Shown here one piece after another: positions 43,192 to 53,281 of a stretch of 64,000 bases of DNA. The DNA is from Cyanidioschyzon merolae. Taxonomy: Eukaryota. A program made the position numbers and the translations under genes. The DNA lies in NCBI GenBank assembly GCA_000091205.1, contig AP006494.2, one strand, 5' to 3'. How positions within the stretch are numbered: the stretch's first letter is position 1; every line of letters begins with the position of its first letter. The notes beneath the pieces are model-generated. The model was not told where the DNA came from, searched no databases, and worked only from the letters and a program-made list of their open reading frames with translations.

Positions 43192-44046
43192 CTGGCCGAA
43201 GCAGGTACTGCGACCTGGATCAGTCGAGTCTCCGTCTATACCTATGTACACAGCGTGGTGTTGATTTTCCCTGGAGGTCTTGGAGCATGTCGACGTCGAG
43301 CCAAGGCGCCAAGCGCACCCATCTACCAGGCATGTATCCGCTTTCCCGGACACGACAGACAACGCCGCCCGAGAAACCCATAGCCACGCGAGCACGCGCC
43401 CTGGCATACAGGCCCGGTGCCGTTGTGTCCCCCGTTTCCCGAGACAGGTCATAAACAAACCTCAGAAAAGCAGACTCCCACGACTAACGGTTACCGCTTG
43501 CACGCCTCATACGCTGTGCATGCTGCGTACGATCGACGGCATCGAATAAGCGCGTCATGAGGTTGCCGTTTGAGAGCGCCGGCCCAGAACGCCAAGCTAT
43601 GAAAAGCGCGCAGGTACCGGAAAAGCAGCTTGGTTTGTTACTGGAGCGAGGTTGTGTGCAGCTTTAGGAGGCGAGACATGCTGGAGACCGCGTTTCTTCA
43701 GTTGTTCCCGGTTGAAAAACCAGGAACAAGCAACCATTCGTCAACTGTGGTGGCACCGTGCGAAATGTTTGCATGCAGCATCTCGTCCACTGGCCTGGGA
43801 ACGTGCACGAACCGCTGGACGGTGCACGGAAGCCTTGCACCCGTCGTTTGGAATCCAGGCGGACACGAACAGTCCAGTCGCGATATCATGCAGGCATGCC
43901 GCTGACAACGCTGAAGGCACTGCTCCAGCGCTCTAGTCGTGTTGGATTAGAATGAAGCACTGAACTGCTTTCTGTATTTCTGGGCTGGGATTTTTCTCCG
44001 ACTTTTTTCTCTGAGACATACGGCCTCGGCGCTGGGAACGCAGCTA

Positions 44047-44672
44047 CAAGGGTTTACGGATGCGTACGCAGTTTGAGAATTCTCGGACGTCTTTTCGGTG
44101 TGGCCTGTTCGACTTTCTGCCGCTGGCTTTCGGTACATTACCGGACTGAAGATGGCTGGTGACGCTCTCGGAAACGGAGTCGTAAACTATCCGACATCAT
44201 GATCGAACGCTCACGTACAAATATTCATTCCTCAGTTTTCCTTACGTGTGGCATAGTTAAATCGTGCATGCTTTCTGTTTCTCTATCTTTCTATTTGACG
44301 CAACTCCCGGGGGCTGCAGTTCGTTGTCATGGACCTACGATCTTGTGAATTAGTCACCAAGCGCTACCATCGAGTTTTTTCCCTCGTCAATCCAGCTGCA
44401 CAAATTGCTATGTGCACAAGTTTCGCTGAAACAGAAAAAAGATAGACAGACGGCCAGCGTACGAAATCTGAGCATGCCAAACGTAAGGAAAACTGAGGAA
44501 TGAATACTTGTACGTGAGCGTTCGATCATGATGTCGGATAGTTTACGACTCCGTTTCCGAGAGCGTCACCAGCCATCTTCCGTCCGGTAATGTACCGAAT
44601 GCCAGCGGCAGAAAGTCGAACAGGCCGCACCGAAAAGACGTCCGAGAATTCTCAAACTGCGTACGCATCCGT
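44047..44672. repeat. Large near-perfect inverted repeat (2 x approximately 205-bp arms, 44047-44254 and 44468-44672, about 97 percent identical) around a 213-bp spacer
   Basis: Reverse-complementing 44468-44672 reproduces 44049-44254 with about 5 mismatches. The identical peptides MYRKPAAESRTG.. and MYRMPAAESRTG.. on opposite strands in the ORF track are its signature. Confidence 0.9.
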
Positions 44673-44890
44673 AAACCCTTGGTGGTGCTCGCTGAATGTC
44701 CGGAATGTACATCTGAAAAGAGTATCGAACAAGTCGCAAGGCAGGAGCACAGCGAGTAGTTCTGTGTTCGATTGTAATCTGACACGGGTGTTCGGTACAC
44801 GCATCAAAGTACATGCGTATCGTCGCGAAACTGCACGGTTCCCATGCTTGCCGCCTACCACGCAGCACACCCGTGATAAATCGGATATCG

Positions 44891-46480
44891 TCAAACCTGC
44901 TTTTTCGATTCGCTACTATTTCCCTGCTCGAGATGCTTCTGCTCTACGTTGCCGTTCCCATCGGATACATCTGCTTTGCCGCTTGCGTCCGGAAGAGCTC
45001 TAGTCCAGCCGATCTCGGTGACGAGCAGGGCAACTCGCTGTTTGAAGCCGGCTTCAGCGAGCGTCATCGCGCTGTGGCTCGCTGGCGAATACGCTCGCTT
45101 GGGAAAGTTCGTGGTGAGCTCGAAGCGATCAAAGTCGATATCGGCAGAGGTCTCGGCCCAGTCGAAAAGATCGCGGAAGCTCCGTGATAACTCGAAGCGA
45201 CGCTGAGTACTCTTTCCGTCTGGTAAGCGTAGTAGCACTGTGACGACATGCTCACCCGGTTCTGGCTCAGGGCCTAGGGCAGCCCGCTTACGATCCAGCA
45301 TCGCCATCCGTTCGCGCCTTCGTTGATCCTGCTCCGCTGCTTCCTCACGAGCGCGTTGCTCGAATTCTCGACGGGCACGTTCCGCTGCTTGATCCGCCGC
45401 CAGCGCCTCTTGAAACTCTCTATCTTGCTCCTCACGCAGTCGCTGCGCTGATCGGCGTCGCTCACGCATGGTATGAGCAGTTCGAAGCGCATCCCCGTAC
45501 TCCAGAAGCACATTCTGGAGCCATAACAGCACATCAGTGGCAGTGATTGGCGCGTCTCTGCCACCACGCATCGAACGATCCAAATCACTTAGTACTCGAA
45601 GATCGATCAGCTGCCCGAGCGGCCATCGACGTGAAGCGAAGACCACCGCCAGGTACGGGTATCCGGCAGGTGTGAAGTAGGAGGCCAGCTCTACTGCTTC
45701 AGGAGAACGGTTCACCGAGGCTGCATAGAAAACAAAGTTCTCATTCACAAACTGAATGAAGCTCTCATCCGAAAGTATCTCACGGACGAAACGATCTGTC
45801 GCGTGGTGAATTTCTGAATGCAAGTAGAGCAGCACCAATTTGCACCTCTGCGTTGAGTGCTCCAGGGCTTCCTTGAATGTTCCATGGTAAATCGTTGGAT
45901 AGCGGATTGTCATACCGTATCTAGTGCGCAAGTTCTCCTCTAGCTCGGCGACTGCGGCTGCGCCCACAGCTCGCGAGCGACCAGCGTATCGGTAATAACG
46001 ATCTATGCCCATAATACGAGTCACCAGAGATGCGCACCATGCTAATACCATGCGTAATGCTTGGAAGGGGAGCGCCAGGAGCCGACGCAGATGCCCCAGC
46101 ACACCTGAAGGTGTTGCTTGTGCCAGTGCCGGCTGCAGCGCCCGCTCCGGTGTCGACGTTTCCGCGAGTGCGGGTGTCAGCGGCTGCGACTCACTGAGCC
46201 TAGACGCGTGCAGCTGCCCAGAGACCGGGGCACTCGACAGCTCGGACGCATCTGGTGTAGTGCCCGAGGTGTCAGATGTTGACGCGAATTCCAAACTTCC
46301 AGTTCGATTAGGCGGCTGCAGTGCGCCCTCGACACCGCGAGTCAGGAAAGCATCAACGGCTCTTTCAATGTTCCAGTTGTGCGCAGACAAAATGGCTCTC
46401 GCAACTTCGTTATCATCCAGAGCGGCGATATTCTTGAAAAGTGCGAGGGTTTCGTTCTGAGAATCCTCCGTAGCAGCCAT
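44891..46480 (-). CDS. UBA-UAS-UBX domain protein (UBXD7/FAF-like / plant PUX-like p97 cofactor)
   Basis: An N-terminal UBA-like region (ALFKNIAALDDNEVARAILSAHNWNIERAVDAFL), a thioredoxin-like UAS (KLVLLYLHSEIHHATDRFVREILSDESFIQFVNENFVFYAASV..YPYLAVVF), a coiled-coil region with ERARREFEQRAREEAAEQ, and a C-terminal UBX (QRRFELSRSFRDLFDWAE..RFELTTNFPKR). Confidence 0.75.
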   Translation of the reverse strand: MAATEDSQNETLALFKNIAALDDNEVARAILSAHNWNIERAVDAFLTRGVEGALQPPNRTGSLEFASTSDTSGTTPDASELSSAPVSGQLHASRLSESQPLTPALAETSTPERALQPALAQATPSGVLGHLRRLLALPFQALRMVLAWCASLVTRIMGIDRYYRYAGRSRAVGAAAVAELEENLRTRYGMTIRYPTIYHGTFKEALEHSTQRCKLVLLYLHSEIHHATDRFVREILSDESFIQFVNENFVFYAASVNRSPEAVELASYFTPAGYPYLAVVFASRRWPLGQLIDLRVLSDLDRSMRGGRDAPITATDVLLWLQNVLLEYGDALRTAHTMRERRRSAQRLREEQDREFQEALAADQAAERARREFEQRAREEAAEQDQRRRERMAMLDRKRAALGPEPEPGEHVVTVLLRLPDGKSTQRRFELSRSFRDLFDWAETSADIDFDRFELTTNFPKRAYSPASHSAMTLAEAGFKQRVALLVTEIGWTRALPDASGKADVSDGNGNVEQKHLEQGNSSESKKQV

Positions 46481-48101
46481 TCAACAAACGTAGAGGAAAA
46501 TGAATAGAATCTTGACAAGTTCCTCAAGGTAAAAGAGCTGCGGCTACACAGAACGAACGCGATCGGAAGCGTCAACGTGTGCGCAAACAGAGTCCCAAGT
46601 GAGCCCGCAGCCGTGAAACTGCCCTGAAACAGTCGAAACACTTGTCACAACCGTCAAATCTTTAATCAGTTCTCTCAAACCGAGCGATGTAAGTGACTGC
46701 ACTTCTCTCTGTTGATCGTTGCACGAAGCCTGTCGTCGGTGACACGCGTAGAAGTACCGCGCGAGACGAGAGATGCTGCTGCTGCTGCTGCTGAATGCAC
46801 ACCATGTCACGAGCGTTCCTGTCACAGGCGTTGCGGCATTAACGATCGCCATCGAGTGCAGGCGCGGAGGCCGGCGTGCGTCGGCGTCCGTTCGACGGTG
46901 CCAACGGCACAGCGCCGACCACGCAAGCGCCGCGCAACGAGCGGTGCGTCTGGATATGCCCAACGCTGACTACCGCTGATGCTTGCATTGTCAAGAGCCA
47001 ATGATTTTAGGCAATATAGTACAAGCATTTCAAGTTGTAAGCGATGTTTGTGACGTAAAGAATCAAGGCTTTTAACTAGTAGAGTATACGGTGATTACAA
47101 GCAACGAGCGAGTCTTTTAGCATAGACAGTCAGCGTTTTCAACCGGTGTAGCATGGGGATTGCATGCAACAGGAGATGCCTCTAACGTGAAGAATCAAGG
47201 TTTCTGAACAGTGTCGCACTGGCATTACAGGCTGCAGGCGATGCTTCCGCTGTACAGAATGAACGCTATTGTTATTTAAACTCGGGAAAATCTCGGTGTC
47301 GGGTAGCATTGAGCAGCACACAGCCAGCAGTTGAAGCCAATTTTACGGGGAGCAATGCCTTTATACCCGTAGGCTGACCGGGGAAGCCCCATGCTCCGTT
47401 TGCTGCCCACGAGGTCGCAACATCAGACTCAGCGGCAGTGTCCTGCGGAGAGAAAACACTTTTAACGCATCCTATAAGTTCCATGTGACGGACGCTTAGA
47501 GCGTCCAGAGCACTCGAGCACAGGTGCACCCGTCGGTCTGAATATTCCCCGCCGAAGCAACACCTCTAACGATCGCAGACGCCGCCACGCGCCACGTCCG
47601 TACGGAGAGCAAGCGGTCGTCATTGCCTGCGCATGGGCGCTTCGCTGTGATTCCCGCTACTGAACGCCGGCGAACGCGCTTTTGAAGGGATCCCGAATAC
47701 AACCAGTATACCGATAATCGCGGGTGTCATGATAACACGAGCAGGTTCTCCGTGCCATGCCTGACGCACGCATGCGCCTCCAACGACGCCGTCCGTTGCG
47801 CCACGTATCTGTTGGCGATCACGCGATGCCCCGCGTGAACCTTGTTGCAGTCACGTGACATTGCTTCCGGCAATGCGCACCGATGGAGATGATGGCGCTG
47901 CGCGTGCGCGTAGCTGCATCTGCGCCGTCGCAAATGAAGTTTCGACGTCTTAGCGCGTGCACTTGCCAGGGAATCGACGCCCGGGAATGAGGGTTTAGTG
48001 TGGTATATTTTTGACGAGGAGCGGACCGGACTGCTGCGCAAAGGCAAAATCTTCCAAAACAACTTTACTGTACTTATATATAGGGAATTGAGTCCGTCAG
48101 T

Positions 48102-51100
48102 ATGCAGATTCCTGAGAACACCGACCATGTTCAGCTGGAACTTGAGGCACGTCGGCGGCCTGGTCGGCCTCCGGTGCACGTTTGGGTTGACCTCCCCGAC
48201 GAGCTTCTCTCTCCAGAACAGAAGCGAAAGAAAAGAGCGATACTCCTGCGCAGGGCGAGACAACAACGTCTGTATGAGCGCCGGAAACTGTTGAGGGCGG
48301 GTATAGTCTCGACACCGTCGGAGAAAGCGGTGATACCGCCGTCCTGCGAGCACGCAGCTGGTGCGCCTCCCGCCAGCCGTAGTCAGGCACAAGCCGAGCG
48401 CATCGACGGCGAACCGCGTTCTATGTCTGCTGATTCGGGACAATTTTCAGGTCGGGCAAACGTTGAATCCGGCGTTGAAGACACCTGGACTGCAGAGCTG
48501 TCCTATACAAATGCACCGAGTGGGGCTCGCAAAAACCTTGAGGGGCAGAAAATTTTTGCAGGGCGGCCACAACTGCTGCCGACCCCGGGACACATGGGAT
48601 TCCGTACCACAGATACACAGAAAAGAAACTGGGAAGGGGCCTTTCCAGATGGGAATAAGCCCAGTGGCATTCGTCTCGAGCCGATGCGGGGAGCACTGGC
48701 TTGCAGCAAGCCCTCGCTCAACGCACCGCATGACACAGACGGAGCGCATATCGACTCGCGATATCCGGACGCATCCTTGATGAAGCATGCCAAGGATGGG
48801 GTATTCGTCGCACAACCGACGCCTCTTGAAGGGGGATCTTATCCGTGCTACCGCGGCGCTTGGGAAGGGCCATCCCGGGAGGCACTTCGGATCCACCCCG
48901 TGACATCATGTGCACTGACGTCGGCCGGTGCCCCGGGCTATGTTTCGGCCTATGGTGAGATCACGGCTGCCCAGCTGGTGCCATCATACGTGATGCCGGC
49001 TGCAGCGCTCATGGGAATCAAGCAAGGCGCTCCAGCGATCGCGGGCAAGGCATCCGTCCATATTGGGAAAGCTGCACTTCCTTCTGTGGTGCCGGCATCT
49101 CCGGGAACCTATGGTGAAAGCCGAGGAATCCGTGAGCCCCAACAGACTCCAGGGATGACGGGCTCAGTCCTGGTCATGTCGCCGGTAACGCCTCCCGACC
49201 TGGATGTGAAGCATTTGGAGATGTCTAGTTCCCAGGCATGGATAACAAAAGGGAGCAACGAGCGGCACGGGCAGAGCTATCTTACGAGACCCACTGTCCA
49301 GGGTTTGCGCACCGATCAAATTTCTGTTGAAGGCCAAGGTCGGGGAACGAATATATGCGACGCGAATGGGATGCTATTGAAGGCTGGGCATCAGGGCGCA
49401 CACCAGGAGACACTCCACAGAACTAAAGCAGAGGCAGAGGTTTGGGGAGATGTGAGCACGCCTCGGCTGCTGGAATCGCGAGTGCGCACGGCGGGAACCT
49501 TACGGAATATCTCCACCGCAGACATGCGTGTTTTCCAACCTGATGCATTGTTGAAGCTTTACCATTCCGTATCGGACTTTGAGCAACGTCTTTTCGTGCG
49601 CCTTACGCTGCCTCCTGCGTGTATAGACGAAGAATTGGTTGCAGTATTGGTTTCGGATGAGGAAAATCCATCCGTATTGAAGGAATCGGATGAAAGCGCT
49701 TCGGGATCAGGGGGACGGCATCTCGAAGAGAACGCCACCGGCCAGGAACAGAGCCACAAGCATGAAGCCGGAAAACGAAGGGCCATAGCATCGGCATTGA
49801 GTGTGTTCGTCGATCACGGATTGTTGCGTCGCGCTAGTTCCTGCTATATTGCAAACGCTTCCTGGCGAGAATTTGTTCAAAGCGTCGTAGCAAACGATCC
49901 AGAGCAAGTTGCGCATGTCTCGCGAGAAGTTCGTGAACGATTCTGCGCCGAATCTTGCGATGCACAGCGCCGTTTTGTGGTATGGATACTCGATCGCTTC
50001 ATTCGCGACGCGCCTGCACTTCCGAATGGCCTGCATTTTGATGATCAAGTAGGCAGCTGTATTCAAGCATGGTTTGCGGAATCGAAGAATCTGTTGGCAG
50101 CGCTTGCGTTTGCATCTGCACAGCGAAGTCGAGCGCTTTCGCAGCTTCTGATTCGAGGCTATTCGGTGATGCGCATGTGCATTTCTCCAGAAGTGCGCGT
50201 GAACTATTTGAGACAAGCGCTGGCGCTGCTTCACCGAACACCGGACTCGGAATCGATTTATGAGTCGAGCGATGCGGCTTCGAGCGGATTGGCGTCGGAG
50301 CGCCAGCAATGCATGCTGGTCAAGTACATGCCACAGAGCGAAGAGGAGGCTCTCTTGCTGCAACTCTTAGGGGCGTCCCTAGTCGACATGCTTCACGTGG
50401 AGGAAGCAGAGCAGCCACTCTGCCAGGCGCTGCGTTATTTCATCGGAGCTCTGGCGCGTCAATTGGGCGTGTCCGATGCAACCATTGAAAAAATTGATGA
50501 TTTATGCCTCGATGAAGAGATCGCCCTCATTCAGAGCGGCTTCTGCGCCGGCGGTAACGCGCCATCAAAGAAACCCGCGCCCCAGGCAACCGAGCTAACG
50601 CGCAAGTGCCAAGCGCGTATGGCGCTTTTACGGTTGGATATGCTGCTGGAGTTGTATCAGCGAAAAGCTGCGGATCAAACGAGCGACGTGTCGTATGTAA
50701 CATCAGAGCCGCGATCCGTGAGTGCCTCACAATCACCAAGTGCTGCATCCGAAGCAAGCCCTCGTTGGAAGGAGGATACAGCGTGTGCGGTACACCAGCA
50801 AAACGCCAGTAATCCGCGAGAGCTACTCCAGTGCTGCGTTGTGTCGCTTCTGCTGCTGAGTCTTCGAATCGGTCTCGAGGGCTCTCGTTCCGAGGCCTGC
50901 GATCTTCTCTACATGTGCCTGCACATTCTCCACGCGCTGGGCTTTTCACGAAGCACGCATGCGGCTGCGACGCTGCTATCGCTCGCTGGAACCTACCTGA
51001 CAAGCGGGCAGTTGATGCGCGCCCGTGACGTGTGCCATCGAGCGCTGGACGTGCTGCGCGAGGGCAGCTTTACCCACACGCCCGTCTATGCCGACGCGCT

Positions 51101-51551
51101 CGGTATGGTCGGTGCAATCGAGCTCATCGAAGGACTGCACCCAGCAGCTGCGGAGCACTTTAGCGCTGCACTCAAAGTGCTAGACTCGTGGCTCGATACC
51201 TATGGAGGTCTACCGCACGAGCACTGTCTCAATAGTCCAGACGATGTCCAGTACTTGCCGCTTCAACACTGCCAAGAGTTGCATCTCTGGCTCTCCATTG
51301 GGCTAGCCCGCACCTGCCGAGCACAGCAGCAACATGAAGCAGCGGAGCGGATCGCGAGCGCTGCGATGACGTGCTGGCGGCGTATCGTTGCGGTCGCCGC
51401 AGTGGACGCAGCGCCGACACCAAAGCCGTGTGTGAGTCTCGGGGCGGCAAACGCTTCCATCCCATCACCGTCATCATCAGCGTATATGGAGGCAGTCTCG
51501 TTGTTGCCTCCTGTTTTTCAAGATTTTGGGAACCTGCGCCACATTTATTAA
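48102..51551 (+). CDS. Hypothetical protein (1149 aa); C-terminal half alpha-helical and repeat-like (possibly TPR-like)
   Basis: A long uninterrupted ORF. The N-terminal half is low-complexity. The C-terminal 500 aa is Leu/Ala-rich helical with periodic A..L..G patterns. No confident family assignment. Confidence 0.5.
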   Translation: MQIPENTDHVQLELEARRRPGRPPVHVWVDLPDELLSPEQKRKKRAILLRRARQQRLYERRKLLRAGIVSTPSEKAVIPPSCEHAAGAPPASRSQAQAERIDGEPRSMSADSGQFSGRANVESGVEDTWTAELSYTNAPSGARKNLEGQKIFAGRPQLLPTPGHMGFRTTDTQKRNWEGAFPDGNKPSGIRLEPMRGALACSKPSLNAPHDTDGAHIDSRYPDASLMKHAKDGVFVAQPTPLEGGSYPCYRGAWEGPSREALRIHPVTSCALTSAGAPGYVSAYGEITAAQLVPSYVMPAAALMGIKQGAPAIAGKASVHIGKAALPSVVPASPGTYGESRGIREPQQTPGMTGSVLVMSPVTPPDLDVKHLEMSSSQAWITKGSNERHGQSYLTRPTVQGLRTDQISVEGQGRGTNICDANGMLLKAGHQGAHQETLHRTKAEAEVWGDVSTPRLLESRVRTAGTLRNISTADMRVFQPDALLKLYHSVSDFEQRLFVRLTLPPACIDEELVAVLVSDEENPSVLKESDESASGSGGRHLEENATGQEQSHKHEAGKRRAIASALSVFVDHGLLRRASSCYIANASWREFVQSVVANDPEQVAHVSREVRERFCAESCDAQRRFVVWILDRFIRDAPALPNGLHFDDQVGSCIQAWFAESKNLLAALAFASAQRSRALSQLLIRGYSVMRMCISPEVRVNYLRQALALLHRTPDSESIYESSDAASSGLASERQQCMLVKYMPQSEEEALLLQLLGASLVDMLHVEEAEQPLCQALRYFIGALARQLGVSDATIEKIDDLCLDEEIALIQSGFCAGGNAPSKKPAPQATELTRKCQARMALLRLDMLLELYQRKAADQTSDVSYVTSEPRSVSASQSPSAASEASPRWKEDTACAVHQQNASNPRELLQCCVVSLLLLSLRIGLEGSRSEACDLLYMCLHILHALGFSRSTHAAATLLSLAGTYLTSGQLMRARDVCHRALDVLREGSFTHTPVYADALGMVGAIELIEGLHPAAAEHFSAALKVLDSWLDTYGGLPHEHCLNSPDDVQYLPLQHCQELHLWLSIGLARTCRAQQQHEAAERIASAAMTCWRRIVAVAAVDAAPTPKPCVSLGAANASIPSPSSSAYMEAVSLLPPVFQDFGNLRHIY

Positions 51552-53050
51552 GTAGGGGTTTATGTGTGTGTTCTCATGATTCTGTTTTAGGGGAATTCAT
51601 GAACGCGGGCATCATCATCATCGTCGTCGACTAGCTGGTCTTGCGGGGAAGGTGCGGCGTGAGCGCGGGCAGCGGCGCGCCTGGCGTTGATCGTGATGCG
51701 TATCCGCGGTGTCGCTAGTTAAAAGGTATTTTGAATGAGTATCAGATCTTGAAGAGGGATTAGAGCGTCTTCTGGTGCATGGAACACCTGCCCAAGAAAA
51801 CAGAGTGCTGCCGCGGTTGTCGGTCCAGTGTCTCGCGTGTTCACGAGTGCAGTGAGCGAGTGCACTGCTCCTGGTTAGGTGCCTGCGGCTCTGTGCTCAG
51901 TGGCATGATCGCCGCGTGATCGTTCGTGAAGGAGCTACCTGTTCCGCATCGGGTTGGCGGCCTCTCTGATACGGTAGATCGCGTTTGTGGTAGGTTGCTC
52001 CTGACGCTGAACGCAGCTCCTATCGCTGGCGGAATCACTTTGAGCGATGGACCACGGTGACATGGGACGTGTCCAGCAACTTGCTGCTCCGCTGTGACCG
52101 GTGGGACAATCCTTCAGTATATGCGTCGCTGCATTCATGCGCGAGGTCAGCTCCGTGTCGTTCCCAGGAGACTTGTTGGCCTGCGTCCATAGACAGGTGT
52201 CTATGGATTCTCGTTTACCGATGCAGTAGAGCATGCTTTGCGATCCCTGCGTGAAACGGAGCCAGGTAAGCCGATTGCAGATCGTGCCGCGTCACTAGAC
52301 CAGACGTTGGTTGCTTCGGAGCGTATCGGATGCTCGTGCATGTTGCTTTTTTCTTCGGAAGGTGCAAAGCGCATACGAAACAAAGCCCTATCACCGACAT
52401 AGGTTGTAAAGTTGCCGCAGCGCAAGCCACGTAGCACCGCTGTTGGCGATGCTGGTGATAAGCGAACCGGGATGCTTGGCGGATCCGCTGGCATCTGCAG
52501 CTTCCCCGCGTCAAAACTGGGACTGGAAGCGTCTTCACTCTACTGCGAAGAAACAGTTCCGAGAAAACTGGTACGACACTGTTATATGGGGCACGTGCCG
52601 CTCATTCAACAGCGCTACCCGTAGCATTTCGGTAAAGCGGGCGCGCCGCATCTCTCGCGGACGCCGCAGAACGCCCTGCAAGGCCGCCGAGTGTCCGTCG
52701 ACCGTTCCCGAGTTCTCACGAAACGAATGATGGGTATTCACAGGGTGCTCCGCCGAGGCATTTTGCCTCGATAAGTAAACCGGGCGAGGAAACTAGAACG
52801 CTGCTTCTGTAACTGGTGACCTGAGCCAGTCTAGCTGTCCACGGATTCCATCATCGGTTTTTTATGTTTTAAAATGCATGAAACAAGCCAGATGACCCCA
52901 GGTGTGCGAGTGATGCTAGGCGGTACCGATACCCGCGGCAGTGGCGTCAGCGTCGCTGTACCTGCCGCCATATCCGCTTCACAGCCATTCCATGCGGCAT
53001 GTGCGTAGCGACAGACCCCGCGAACATCGCGTCCGTTTTATACCATTGAG

Positions 53051-53058
53051 TATAAATA
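53051..53058 (+). promoter_or_regulatory. Candidate TATA box (TATAAATA) about 230 bp upstream of the MYB ORF
   Basis: gagTATAAATAaattcag read directly. The position is compatible with a core promoter, with no other support. Confidence 0.25.
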
Positions 53059-53281
53059 AATTCAGTTGCTGGAAGCTTTCCGTTGACGTCCTGCGCGCAT
53101 CACCATCCACGATCTCAGGGAGCGGCGCTCGCTACGTGCAGAAACGCCGCCGCCCCAGTGATCGAAGGCGGTCCAGATAGCAGCGCCCGCACCTGGAAAC
53201 AGTGCAGCGCCAGTGCACGCATAACGCCCTGCACGCGCGAGGCTCGTTGCGCGTCGGAAAGCGGCGTCGATCAGCGCACGC

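Noticed and set aside
43947-45003. Two track ORFs on opposite strands with near-identical N-termini (MYRKPAAESRTGHTEKTSENSQTAYASVNP.. / MYRMPAAESRTGRTEKTSENSQTAYASVNP..), which could be read as a duplicated gene pair
   Set aside because: They are the mirror-image read-outs of the 205-bp inverted-repeat arms. They are short and stop-bounded by the palindrome geometry, with no domain, so the palindrome was annotated instead.
52188-52207. Small hairpin ccatagac-aggt-gtctatgg in the MYB upstream intergenic region
   Set aside because: An 8-bp stem with a 4-nt loop is expected by chance several times in 64 kb. No repetition or positional argument supports a function.
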